Shown here: positions 9,536 to 17,798 of the stretch, piece after piece
Layout of the letters: every line of letters begins with the position of its first letter
Numbering within the stretch: the stretch's first letter is position 1
From: a virus
Strand: one strand, 5' to 3'
DNA: 64,000 nt
IMG/VR virus record: IMGVR_UViG_3300028648_000064
Location: 3,708 to 67,707 of that record
Notes under the pieces: generated by a model
The model's database searches: none
What the model was told of the DNA's origin: nothing
What the model saw: the letters and a program-made list of their open reading frames with translations, nothing else
Program-made: the position numbers and the translations under genes

Positions 9536-10355
9536 GCGACCCCACTTCGCGGAGCTGGAAGCCCGCGAGCTCGAGATACGGCCCCGCCTGGCGCGTCGAC
9601 TCGCCGACGCCCGCCCGGCGGACGTGGTACCACTTCGACAGGTCCCCTTCGTTCTCGTCCCAGAGCATCACGCGCTCACGCGGCGCCCGGAGCATCGCGA
9701 GAAACTGCTCGACCGAGACGAGGTCGGCGCGTTGCAGGCGCGCGGGGAAGCTGATCACGCAGCGGGTCGGCGACGTCGACCCGTCGTAGGTGTCCTCGTA
9801 GACCTTCCGGTACGGCGTGCCCGGGTTCTTGTAGAGCGACTGGAAGTCGTCGGCACCCCAGGCGCCGAGCGAGCCGATCGCGTAGACGTCGTCGCGGCCC
9901 GACTCGTACGGGTTGAGGTAGAGATGGCGGAGCGTCCGCGGCTCCGGCGGGATGACGAGCCGCTTCTGCCGCCCGTCTTCGCTGTCGACGCCCGAGGTGT
10001 CGACCCAGCCGATGCCGGTCGCCCACGGGAAGGCCTCGTCGATCGTCTCGTCCGCAAACGCCCGGCCGCCGACGGGATGCGGGTCGGCGTTGGTGCCGTA
10101 CTGGATGCTCACCGTCGGGAAGTTGACGTGCTCGAAGGAGAGCGCAGCGACGACCACGTCGGTCCCGAAGTCCAGATGGATGACGGGCGCGTCACTGCTC
10201 ACCGACTTTGTGCTCCGCTGGAAATAACGGAGCTCCGCCATGCGGCTCACCGGAAACGCGGGATCGACGTTGAAGCACTCGGCGCCCGCGACGTAGGCGA
10301 GCGAGCGGTACCCGACGCGCGCCTTGGCGCTGCCGGTACTCGGGAGGATGGGCAT
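9519..10355 (-). CDS. putative distal tail / tail-tip protein (278 aa)
   Basis: GAGG RBS before MPILPSTG; overlaps the start of the tail-tip gene; function from synteny only. Confidence 0.6.
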   Translation of the reverse strand: MPILPSTGSAKARVGYRSLAYVAGAECFNVDPAFPVSRMAELRYFQRSTKSVSSDAPVIHLDFGTDVVVAALSFEHVNFPTVSIQYGTNADPHPVGGRAFADETIDEAFPWATGIGWVDTSGVDSEDGRQKRLVIPPEPRTLRHLYLNPYESGRDDVYAIGSLGAWGADDFQSLYKNPGTPYRKVYEDTYDGSTSPTRCVISFPARLQRADLVSVEQFLAMLRAPRERVMLWDENEGDLSKWYHVRRAGVGESTRQAGPYLELAGFQLREVGSRADDA

Positions 10356-10365
10356 CGGGGGACCT

Positions 10366-13300
10366 CTAGGGACAGCTGCCGGTCGTGACCCACTGATCGG
10401 GGAGGGTGAGGCGGCTCCCGTCGATGTCACGCGCGTCGAGCGTCAGGCGCTCGCAGGTCGCGACGGGAAAGCAGGTGCGGCCGAGCGCGTTCGCGACGAG
10501 CGGCGGATACGCGAGGCCGCTCGCCCGCCGATACGTGACGACCGCCCCCTCGGCGGGCACCGCCTTTGGCTTCGTGGTCCCGCTCGTCCGCGTGAGCCGC
10601 ATCCAGTCGCGGCAGTCGAACGCGACGCCGCTCGGACTCGGGAGCGCGGTCGGCGTTGCCGTCCGCGTCGGCGAGGGCGTGAGCGTCGGGGTCGCGGTCG
10701 GGGTCGCCGTCGGCGTCGGCGTCGCGGTCGCCGTCTGCCCGGGGAGCGACGTCGGCGTCGGGGTCGCCGTCGCCGTCCCGGTCGGCGTTGGCGTCGGGGT
10801 CGGCGTCGCGGCGCTCACCGTGAAGCTATCGAAGGGGGCACCGGTGTCGTCGCGCGCCTGGCACGTGAGCGTCGGATCGGCGAGCGTGCAGAGCGCGAAG
10901 GAATGCCAGCGCCCCGTCGAGCAGTAGCCCGTGCCGTTGTAGCTCCCGCACCCGGCCGCGACGAACGGCTGGAGATCGCCCCCGCCGGGCACGCACGCCG
11001 CGCCCGCCTGGTCGACGGGCTGACCACTGACGGTCCGGGCCCCGCCGTCGAGCGGCGCGCCGCCGCCGCCGACGACTACGTGCCGCGTCGTCTGGCCGTC
11101 CTGGTTCGGGCTAGTGGTCGCCGGATCACTCGTCAGGCTCGCGCCGTTGTAGTCGTCGAGGACGCGCGTGCGTTCCCAGAGATGGGCGTGGCCCCAGAAC
11201 GCGAGCTGCACCCCGAAGGCTTCGAAGAGCGGCGCGAACCGGTGGCGCGTGGCCGGGCTCGACGCCGGCGCGGTCCCGAGGCAGGCCCCGCCGGGGCACT
11301 CGGCGGCGGACGCGCAGCCGTTCCCGACGTTCGCGCCGGCGTCGCACCGCCCGTTCGCGCAGACGTACGGCGCCTGGTGCCCGAGGGCGAGCTTCCACGC
11401 ACGGGACGCCGACGGTTGCAGGCGGTTCCAGAGCCACGTTTTCTGATTCGCGCCCGTCACCCAATCTTGCGCGCCCGTCGGCCCGAAGTTCGTGTTGACG
11501 ACGAGGAAGGTCGCGGGGCCGGCATCGAGCGCGTACCACGCTTCTTCCCGCGTCCCCCCGGGGTTGCCGTTCACCGGCGCCGCAAAGAGCGCCCGCTGCA
11601 CGTGCGTCGCCGTCCATTCCGTGAGCACCCCATCCTGCGAGCCGTCGGCGCGCCGGAGGTCGCGATGCCCGAGTGCCAGGAAGGTCGGCGTCCGCGCGAA
11701 GACCTCCGCGTAGGGCACGAGGACCTTCTGCTCCCAATCGAGGAGGCGCGTCGCGAGGCCCTCGTGGGCGTTGTCGCCGACCCAGAAGAGGAGGTCCGGC
11801 GCCGCGGTCCGGATCTGCGCCGCGATCCGCTGCTGCGGGCAGGTGCCGCCGGCGTAGCAACTCGCGTCGGCGCCATCCACGCCCGCGTCGCCGACGACCG
11901 CGAACGTCATCGGCGCCAGGTCGTTCGCGGCCCGGAGCGTCCGGAACGCGCGGGTCCCCGCGACCTCGAGCACGGTCACGCCGTTGGTGGAGAGCCGAAA
12001 GTAGTACGGCGTCCCCGGGAGGAGGTCGGTGAGGTCGACGCGGTGGCAGGTGCCGGCGGCGCCGAGCTCGCACGTCGCCTGCTGGCTCTGCGTCGCGAAA
12101 AACCCGAGCGCCGTGGTCGTCCCGTAGTCGACCCGCGCGTTTCCCGGCTGATCCGTCCACCAGAGGATCGACATCGTCGTCGGATCGTTCAGCGGGTTCT
12201 GGATGAGCGGCCCGCAGCCGGCGGCCCCCGACGGGCAGCGGAGGCCCGAGACGACGGCGGTCGCGGTCGGCGTCGGCGTCGGGGTCCGGGTCGGCGTCGG
12301 GGTGCGGGTCGGGGTCGCGGTGCGGGTCGGCACCGCCACGCCGCCGACCTCGCGGGCGCCTGCGTCCGGTTGGCTGTCACGCGCGTTCCCGTCGGCGTCG
12401 ATCGCCTGATAGTCGCAGTCCGCGTTGACGGTGCACGGCCAGCCCTTCAGGCCCTCGGTGCAGCGGCCCGCGACGACGGTGCCGCAGACGCCGGGATCGA
12501 TCAGGATCGCGGTCGTGCCTTTGTTCTTGGCGACGGTGTCGCCGCTTTGCAGCGCGTAGCGGCCGGGGCCGGAGCCGCCGACGAAGAGCGGATCGGTCGT
12601 CGTCCAGACGTCGCCCTCGAACGAGTCCGGCCCGAACCAGAGGCCCGCGTCGCCGTCGGCCTGCGCCTGCGCGAGCTGGGTGATGCTCCGTCCCGTGATC
12701 GTCTGCGGCGTGTCGTCCATGCACGGGACGAGCGGGTTCTGGCAGATCTTGCCGGGGCCGCACGGGTTCGGCGCGCCGCCCGGCTCGCTGATCCCGTTCC
12801 CGGTGCCGTTCCGCTGGACGGTGACGTTGTGGTCCCACGCGTTGACGACGTTCGTCGTCATGCGGTCGATGAAGTGGCCGTACTGGTTGGTGGTCGAAAA
12901 GATGTTGTTCTGCACGACCTGGAGGTAGCTGTTGTCGAACGAGAAGATCGCGTAGCCCGTCGTCCGGCACGTGTTGTGGACGATCACCTGACGCGCGGGA
13001 CACGAGTAGCTCGAGAAGCACGAGCCCGGGCCGACGCCCTCGTTGTTGATCCAGAGGCAGTCCGTCGACCCGCTGTACTTGTAGAGGCCGTCCGCTTCCT
13101 CGGAGTAGTTGCCCCAGCTCGTAATGTGATGGCTCTTCCCGGCCGGGTGGCCGCCGAAGTCAAAGTTGTCTTCGCCACACCGCCGGACATCGTTGAACCG
13201 GATCGTGCCGAACGCCGCGCCCGCCGGCTGGATGCCGTCATGATCGTCGCAGCCCGTCATGCACCGACACGCGGTGCATGAACTCGCCGGGAGCGGGCCG

Positions 13301-14982
13301 CCGGTCGAGCTGTTGAGGCCGTTGCACGGGGGCGACGACGTCTCGCAGGGGCACGCGCTGCCGTTGACGCCGCGCCCGTCGCACTGCGCCGCCGTGACCG
13401 TCCGGGCGCGGTGGTCCCAGATGAGGTTGGACTCGATGTCGAAATCCTGGCTGCACCAGAGCGTGATCGCGCCGAATTGATTGCCGTTGCGCTCGATGCG
13501 GTTCCGCCGGATCGCGATCCCGCGTTCCTGCCGCCCGCTCTCGACGCAGTCGACGTCGCTCCCCGCGCCGTTGTACGACCCGATCTCGATCGTCGGGAAA
13601 TCCGAGCCGATGTCGTTCGGGACGTTGTCGTGGATCCAGTTGTCCTCGATCACGAAGCCCCGCATCGGCGCCGTCCCGGCCGCGGCGAGGCTGATCGCCC
13701 CCATCGGATAGCCGGCGATCTCGAAGCCGGAGAGGCCGTGCGTATCGCCCGTCGTCGCGAACCCATTCGGCTTCGTGTACGCCAGGCCGTCGCAGACGCC
13801 GCCCGGGCCGTCGTTCGCCGGCATGCCGGTGCCGTCCATGCCAACCCACGTCCCCGGATCGACGGGCCCGGAGTCGTCGGCCTTCCACGCGTGGTAGGTC
13901 ATGCCGGCCTTCTGCACGAAGCAGTTTTGCTGGAGCGTGCACGAGGCGTGCGTGCAGGTGAACGCGGTGTAGGCGCCGCCGCCGATCGGCTGCGTCACGC
14001 GCACCTGCACCCGGCCGGAGAACGCCGTCCGGCGAATCTGCGTGAAGTACTGCACCGAGGCACACGGATGCACCGCACCGCAGGTCGGATCGTCCGCGAC
14101 GGTCATGCCCGTGAAGTTGCCGATGCGGACGATCGTCATCGCGGCCGTCGCGGTCACGGTGGGGGTCGGGGTCCTGGTCGCGGTCGGCGAGAGCGTCGGG
14201 GTCGGCGTGCGCGTTGGTCCCGTCGTGGTCGGCGTCGGCGTCGCCGTCGGCGACAGGGTGGGCGTTGCGGTGACCGTCACCGTCGGGGTCGGCGTCCGCG
14301 TCGCGGTGACCGTCGGCGTCACCGCCGTGGTCGTCGGCGTTGCGGTCGGTGTCGGCGTGGCAGTCACCGTCGGCGTCGGGCCGCCGCTCCCGAGAAACAC
14401 CTGGAACCACGCATCCTCGCCGGTGTCGACGCCCGTCGCGTGGAACGTGCCACCGGTATAGCTCGCGCCGTCGTTGTTGGTGTTGACGCGCACGCAGCGA
14501 AGACCGGCGCCGCACGACGCCGCGCCGCCGCTGATCGTGCCGGCGTCATGCAAGAGGATCCAGTAGTTGCCGGGCGGCGCCGGCTTCGTGCCCGACCACG
14601 TGAAGGTCTGCACCGGGTCGGTCGCCGGACTCGTCGGCAAGTCGGTCACGTTGATCGGGTCCGACGGCGGCCCGATCGGATCGCCGATGCCGCCGGTGCC
14701 GGTGATCGCGTAGAGCTGGAGGAAGATGGTGCCGCCGGTGTTCCCCGTATTATTGAAGGCACTCCAGGCGATTTGACAGATCGGCTCCCCGGGGTTCGTA
14801 TTCGTGACGCCCTGCTTCGGCGCCCCGTCGAGGTGCACGCCGGACTCGAGCCGCCAGTAGTCGTTGCGCGGGCCGGTCTGCGCCATCGTACTCGACGGGG
14901 CACACTGGGCGCGCGCCTCGCCCGCGAGCGCAAGGCTGAGCGCGAGGCCCAGCGGCACGACCCATTGGAACCGCCGGCTCAG
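10366..14982 (-). CDS. secreted multidomain protein: beta-helix repeats, FN3 plus purple-acid-phosphatase-like metallophosphoesterase, Pro/Thr linkers (~1538 aa)
   Basis: Signal peptide ending GEARA-Q; G-I-x-I parallel beta-helix repeats; DADGNAR..PDAGARE; GDAG/GDN/GHAH phosphoesterase motifs; start inferred at a CTG overlapping the upstream TGA. Confidence 0.75.
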   Translation of the reverse strand: MSRRFQWVVPLGLALSLALAGEARAQCAPSSTMAQTGPRNDYWRLESGVHLDGAPKQGVTNTNPGEPICQIAWSAFNNTGNTGGTIFLQLYAITGTGGIGDPIGPPSDPINVTDLPTSPATDPVQTFTWSGTKPAPPGNYWILLHDAGTISGGAASCGAGLRCVRVNTNNDGASYTGGTFHATGVDTGEDAWFQVFLGSGGPTPTVTATPTPTATPTTTAVTPTVTATRTPTPTVTVTATPTLSPTATPTPTTTGPTRTPTPTLSPTATRTPTPTVTATAAMTIVRIGNFTGMTVADDPTCGAVHPCASVQYFTQIRRTAFSGRVQVRVTQPIGGGAYTAFTCTHASCTLQQNCFVQKAGMTYHAWKADDSGPVDPGTWVGMDGTGMPANDGPGGVCDGLAYTKPNGFATTGDTHGLSGFEIAGYPMGAISLAAAGTAPMRGFVIEDNWIHDNVPNDIGSDFPTIEIGSYNGAGSDVDCVESGRQERGIAIRRNRIERNGNQFGAITLWCSQDFDIESNLIWDHRARTVTAAQCDGRGVNGSACPCETSSPPCNGLNSSTGGPLPASSCTACRCMTGCDDHDGIQPAGAAFGTIRFNDVRRCGEDNFDFGGHPAGKSHHITSWGNYSEEADGLYKYSGSTDCLWINNEGVGPGSCFSSYSCPARQVIVHNTCRTTGYAIFSFDNSYLQVVQNNIFSTTNQYGHFIDRMTTNVVNAWDHNVTVQRNGTGNGISEPGGAPNPCGPGKICQNPLVPCMDDTPQTITGRSITQLAQAQADGDAGLWFGPDSFEGDVWTTTDPLFVGGSGPGRYALQSGDTVAKNKGTTAILIDPGVCGTVVAGRCTEGLKGWPCTVNADCDYQAIDADGNARDSQPDAGAREVGGVAVPTRTATPTRTPTPTRTPTPTPTATAVVSGLRCPSGAAGCGPLIQNPLNDPTTMSILWWTDQPGNARVDYGTTTALGFFATQSQQATCELGAAGTCHRVDLTDLLPGTPYYFRLSTNGVTVLEVAGTRAFRTLRAANDLAPMTFAVVGDAGVDGADASCYAGGTCPQQRIAAQIRTAAPDLLFWVGDNAHEGLATRLLDWEQKVLVPYAEVFARTPTFLALGHRDLRRADGSQDGVLTEWTATHVQRALFAAPVNGNPGGTREEAWYALDAGPATFLVVNTNFGPTGAQDWVTGANQKTWLWNRLQPSASRAWKLALGHQAPYVCANGRCDAGANVGNGCASAAECPGGACLGTAPASSPATRHRFAPLFEAFGVQLAFWGHAHLWERTRVLDDYNGASLTSDPATTSPNQDGQTTRHVVVGGGGAPLDGGARTVSGQPVDQAGAACVPGGGDLQPFVAAGCGSYNGTGYCSTGRWHSFALCTLADPTLTCQARDDTGAPFDSFTVSAATPTPTPTPTGTATATPTPTSLPGQTATATPTPTATPTATPTLTPSPTRTATPTALPSPSGVAFDCRDWMRLTRTSGTTKPKAVPAEGAVVTYRRASGLAYPPLVANALGRTCFPVATCERLTLDARDIDGSRLTLPDQWVTTGSCP

Positions 14983-17786
14983 AGCGTCCCCCAGAGCCAG
15001 CAGTGCACGTCGCTGGTGGTGACGTTGAAGCTGCCGCTCGTCGTCGAGATCCGCAGCTCGAGGCGCTGACTCGCCGTGAACGTGTTGTTGCTCGAGAGCG
15101 TCGCCGTGCAGGTCGACGCGCCATCGCTGATGACGCAGTCCTGGCTGCCCGCGTCCGCGCCGTCCTTGAACAGCTCGACGAGGTAGCACGGGTCCGCCGT
15201 GCAGTCGGCCGCCGTCGTCGTATTCGTGCCGTCCGCGAGGACGGCGCACGTGATCTCCGTCGCCGTCCCGGCCGCCGGGACGCGCACGAGATCTTCACCG
15301 GACCACCCGCTCCCGTTGCCTTGCAGCACTTGGTCGGTGAGTCCTGCCGCGGCGTTCGTGCGGAGGCCGTGCGTGAAGAGCGTCCGGCCCCCGACGTTGG
15401 CGAAGACCGTGCAGCGGAGGTCGTCGCTCGTCGACGTGAGATCCGCCGCGGTGGTGAGGCGGAGGTCGGCGACCTGGGCGGCACTCCAGGTGTTGGCGGA
15501 CGCGAGCGTGACGTTACACGAACCGCTGCTGTTCGCGATGTCGCAGTCCTGCGTGCCGGCGTCGGCGCCATCCACGAAGACCTCGACCTTGTGACACGGG
15601 CTCGTGGTGCACGCGGCCGATCCGAAGCCGCTCGAGGAATCGATGATGCCGCAGGTCACATGGGACCCGGTGGTCGACGCGGGGAAGCCGACCAGCGCCG
15701 CCTGCACGCCAAGCACCGCGTCCGTCTGCCCGGCGGCAGTGTCGAGCGTCAGCGTGTGCAGCATCGTGGCCTCGTTCGAGGCCGTGCCCCAGAGCCAGCA
15801 TTGCAGGTCGGAGGTCGTGCTCGTGAGGTCCGCGGGGGTCGTCACCCGGAGGTCCACCCGGGTGCCGGCCGACAGCGCCGTATTCGTGGCGAGGGTCGCC
15901 GTGCAGCCCTGGGCCCCGTTCGCGATCGTGCAATCCTCGGACCCGAGGTCCGACCCGTTCGCGAAGATCTCGATCGCGTAGCAGGGGGAGGTCGTGCACG
16001 CGGCCGTCTGGAGCCCGTTGGCCGTGCCCCCGCCGCCGTTGTTGGCGAGCAGGCACGTGAGGTGATTCGCCGTCGTCGCCGAGGCTGGGAGGGCGATCTG
16101 GCGGGCCGCCATGATCGCATCGGCCGCCCCCGCCTCGGTATTCGTCCGGAAGACGTCGAGCATGAGCGCCTCGCCGCCACCCGGCGTGCTGGTCGGCGTG
16201 GGGGTCGGCGTGCGCGTGGCCGTCACGGTCGGGGTTGGCGTTCGGGTCGGGGTCGGGGTCACCGTGACCGTCGGCGTCGGGGTCGCGGCTTGGCCGACGA
16301 CGAGCGTGTAGTCGCCGTCCGCTCCGTTGAACCCATCGACGATGATCCAGTAGGTCGTGCCGCTCGTGACCGGCCAGGTGAGCGACGACCCGTTGCCGCT
16401 CGGCGCGCAGCCGGTCGTATCGTCGTTGCACTTGAGCTCGTCCGCCGTCGGGCCCGAGCAGGCGGTGCCGTGGACGTAGAGGAGCGTGTCGAAGTTCGTG
16501 GTCCCGCCGCAGGTGTACGCGAAGGCGGTGCCGGTGAAGTTCGGCGTCCATTCGTGCACGACTTCCGGCGACGTGTCGGAGGGGTTGCAGCTTCCGGCGA
16601 GCGTGCTCGTCGCGCCGACCGTCGTGCCATCGACCGTGTCGCCGCCCGCTGCCAGGATGATCGGCTCATCGCAGGCAGGGACCGGCGTGGCGGTCACGGT
16701 GGGCGTCGGGGTCCGCGTCGCGGTCACCGTCGGCGTCGGGGTCGGGGTCCGGGTCGGGGTGCGCGTCGGCGTCGGCGTCCCGCCGCCCACGCCATAGACC
16801 GTGAAGAGGAGATCGTCGTTCGCTTCGTTCCCGAGGTACCAGGTGTTGAAGCCGAGGCCGCCATAGGACTCTTGCCCCGCAGAGGCCCACCGGACCGCCG
16901 TCCCGACCGAATCGTTCACGAGCGCGATCCAGTAGTGCGCGGCCTGGCTGACCGGGCTCGCGAAGGTGAACGTGACGAGCGTGCCCGTGCCGCTCGCCGT
17001 GCCGCACGTCGACGTCCCATCGAACGGCGCGTCTTTCACCGTCCCCGGGAGCGAGGTGGCGACGAGCGCCGAGCTCGCGCCGGTCGCGGCGTCCGGGCAT
17101 GCCGTCAGGCCGCAGCCCGCCAGCGGATCGTCGGCATAGAGCTCGACGTGGAGGTGCTGCCCGGGGATCGGCGTCGGATTCCCGGCGGGCGCGTTCCCGA
17201 GACACAGGTCCACGCGGCAGATGGCGACCCCGCTGCTGTTGCTGACCCGCTGGCGGAGGTTGTTCGTGCCCGCCGCCCCGCCGGTATAGAAGGGCTCGAG
17301 CGACCAGAAGCCGCCGACCGGGGGCTGGTGGTTCGTGAGGAGCACGTGGCAGCCGGGGGTCACCGTGACGGTCGGCGTCGGGGTCCGGGTGCTGGTCGCC
17401 GTCGCCACGACGCCCGTCGGGGTCGCCGTGCGGGTCGCCGTCGGCGTCACCCCGCCGCCCGGCGTATGCGTCGGGGTCGGCGTCGCCGGCTGCGTGCAGG
17501 CGTAGCGCGCGGTCTCCCGGACGCCATGCGGGTACGCGATGTCGATCAGCTGCGGCTCGAGGCGCGCGCAGTAGCGCCCGTAGCGATCGACCGTCGGCTG
17601 CGCCAGCACCGTTTGATCGCTGTGCCGCCGAATCACGACGGTGCCGGTCGCCGGCACCATGCAACCGCCCGACTTGACGAGCACGTCCTCACAGAAGAGC
17701 GACTCCGCCGCGAGATGATGCGGGAGCGCCGCCAGCAGACACACGAGGACGACCACGCCGAGCGGCGTGCGGGACGATGAACGCAT
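14979..17786 (-). CDS. secreted Pro/Thr-linker protein with a PPC-like domain and three C-terminal Cys-containing repeats (935 aa)
   Basis: AGGAG RBS; signal peptide; FDTLLYV...CNDD...GTTYWIIVDGF (PPC-like); three repeats of LTC...CTTSPCY.IEIF..G.D.G..DC.I. Confidence 0.8.
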   Translation of the reverse strand: MRSSSRTPLGVVVLVCLLAALPHHLAAESLFCEDVLVKSGGCMVPATGTVVIRRHSDQTVLAQPTVDRYGRYCARLEPQLIDIAYPHGVRETARYACTQPATPTPTHTPGGGVTPTATRTATPTGVVATATSTRTPTPTVTVTPGCHVLLTNHQPPVGGFWSLEPFYTGGAAGTNNLRQRVSNSSGVAICRVDLCLGNAPAGNPTPIPGQHLHVELYADDPLAGCGLTACPDAATGASSALVATSLPGTVKDAPFDGTSTCGTASGTGTLVTFTFASPVSQAAHYWIALVNDSVGTAVRWASAGQESYGGLGFNTWYLGNEANDDLLFTVYGVGGGTPTPTRTPTRTPTPTPTVTATRTPTPTVTATPVPACDEPIILAAGGDTVDGTTVGATSTLAGSCNPSDTSPEVVHEWTPNFTGTAFAYTCGGTTNFDTLLYVHGTACSGPTADELKCNDDTTGCAPSGNGSSLTWPVTSGTTYWIIVDGFNGADGDYTLVVGQAATPTPTVTVTPTPTRTPTPTVTATRTPTPTPTSTPGGGEALMLDVFRTNTEAGAADAIMAARQIALPASATTANHLTCLLANNGGGGTANGLQTAACTTSPCYAIEIFANGSDLGSEDCTIANGAQGCTATLATNTALSAGTRVDLRVTTPADLTSTTSDLQCWLWGTASNEATMLHTLTLDTAAGQTDAVLGVQAALVGFPASTTGSHVTCGIIDSSSGFGSAACTTSPCHKVEVFVDGADAGTQDCDIANSSGSCNVTLASANTWSAAQVADLRLTTAADLTSTSDDLRCTVFANVGGRTLFTHGLRTNAAAGLTDQVLQGNGSGWSGEDLVRVPAAGTATEITCAVLADGTNTTTAADCTADPCYLVELFKDGADAGSQDCVISDGASTCTATLSSNNTFTASQRLELRISTTSGSFNVTTSDVHCWLWGTL

Positions 17787-17798
17787 GGGCGGGGGCTC

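Noticed and set aside
5789-9754. 1321-aa plus-strand ORF
   Set aside because: Arg/Gly-rich antisense shadow of the tail-tip gene; expected in high-GC DNA; no motifs
14979-16170. Diversity-generating retroelement template/variable repeats
   Set aside because: The repeats are diverged protein-level duplications with no adenine-specific differences, and no reverse transcriptase is in the window
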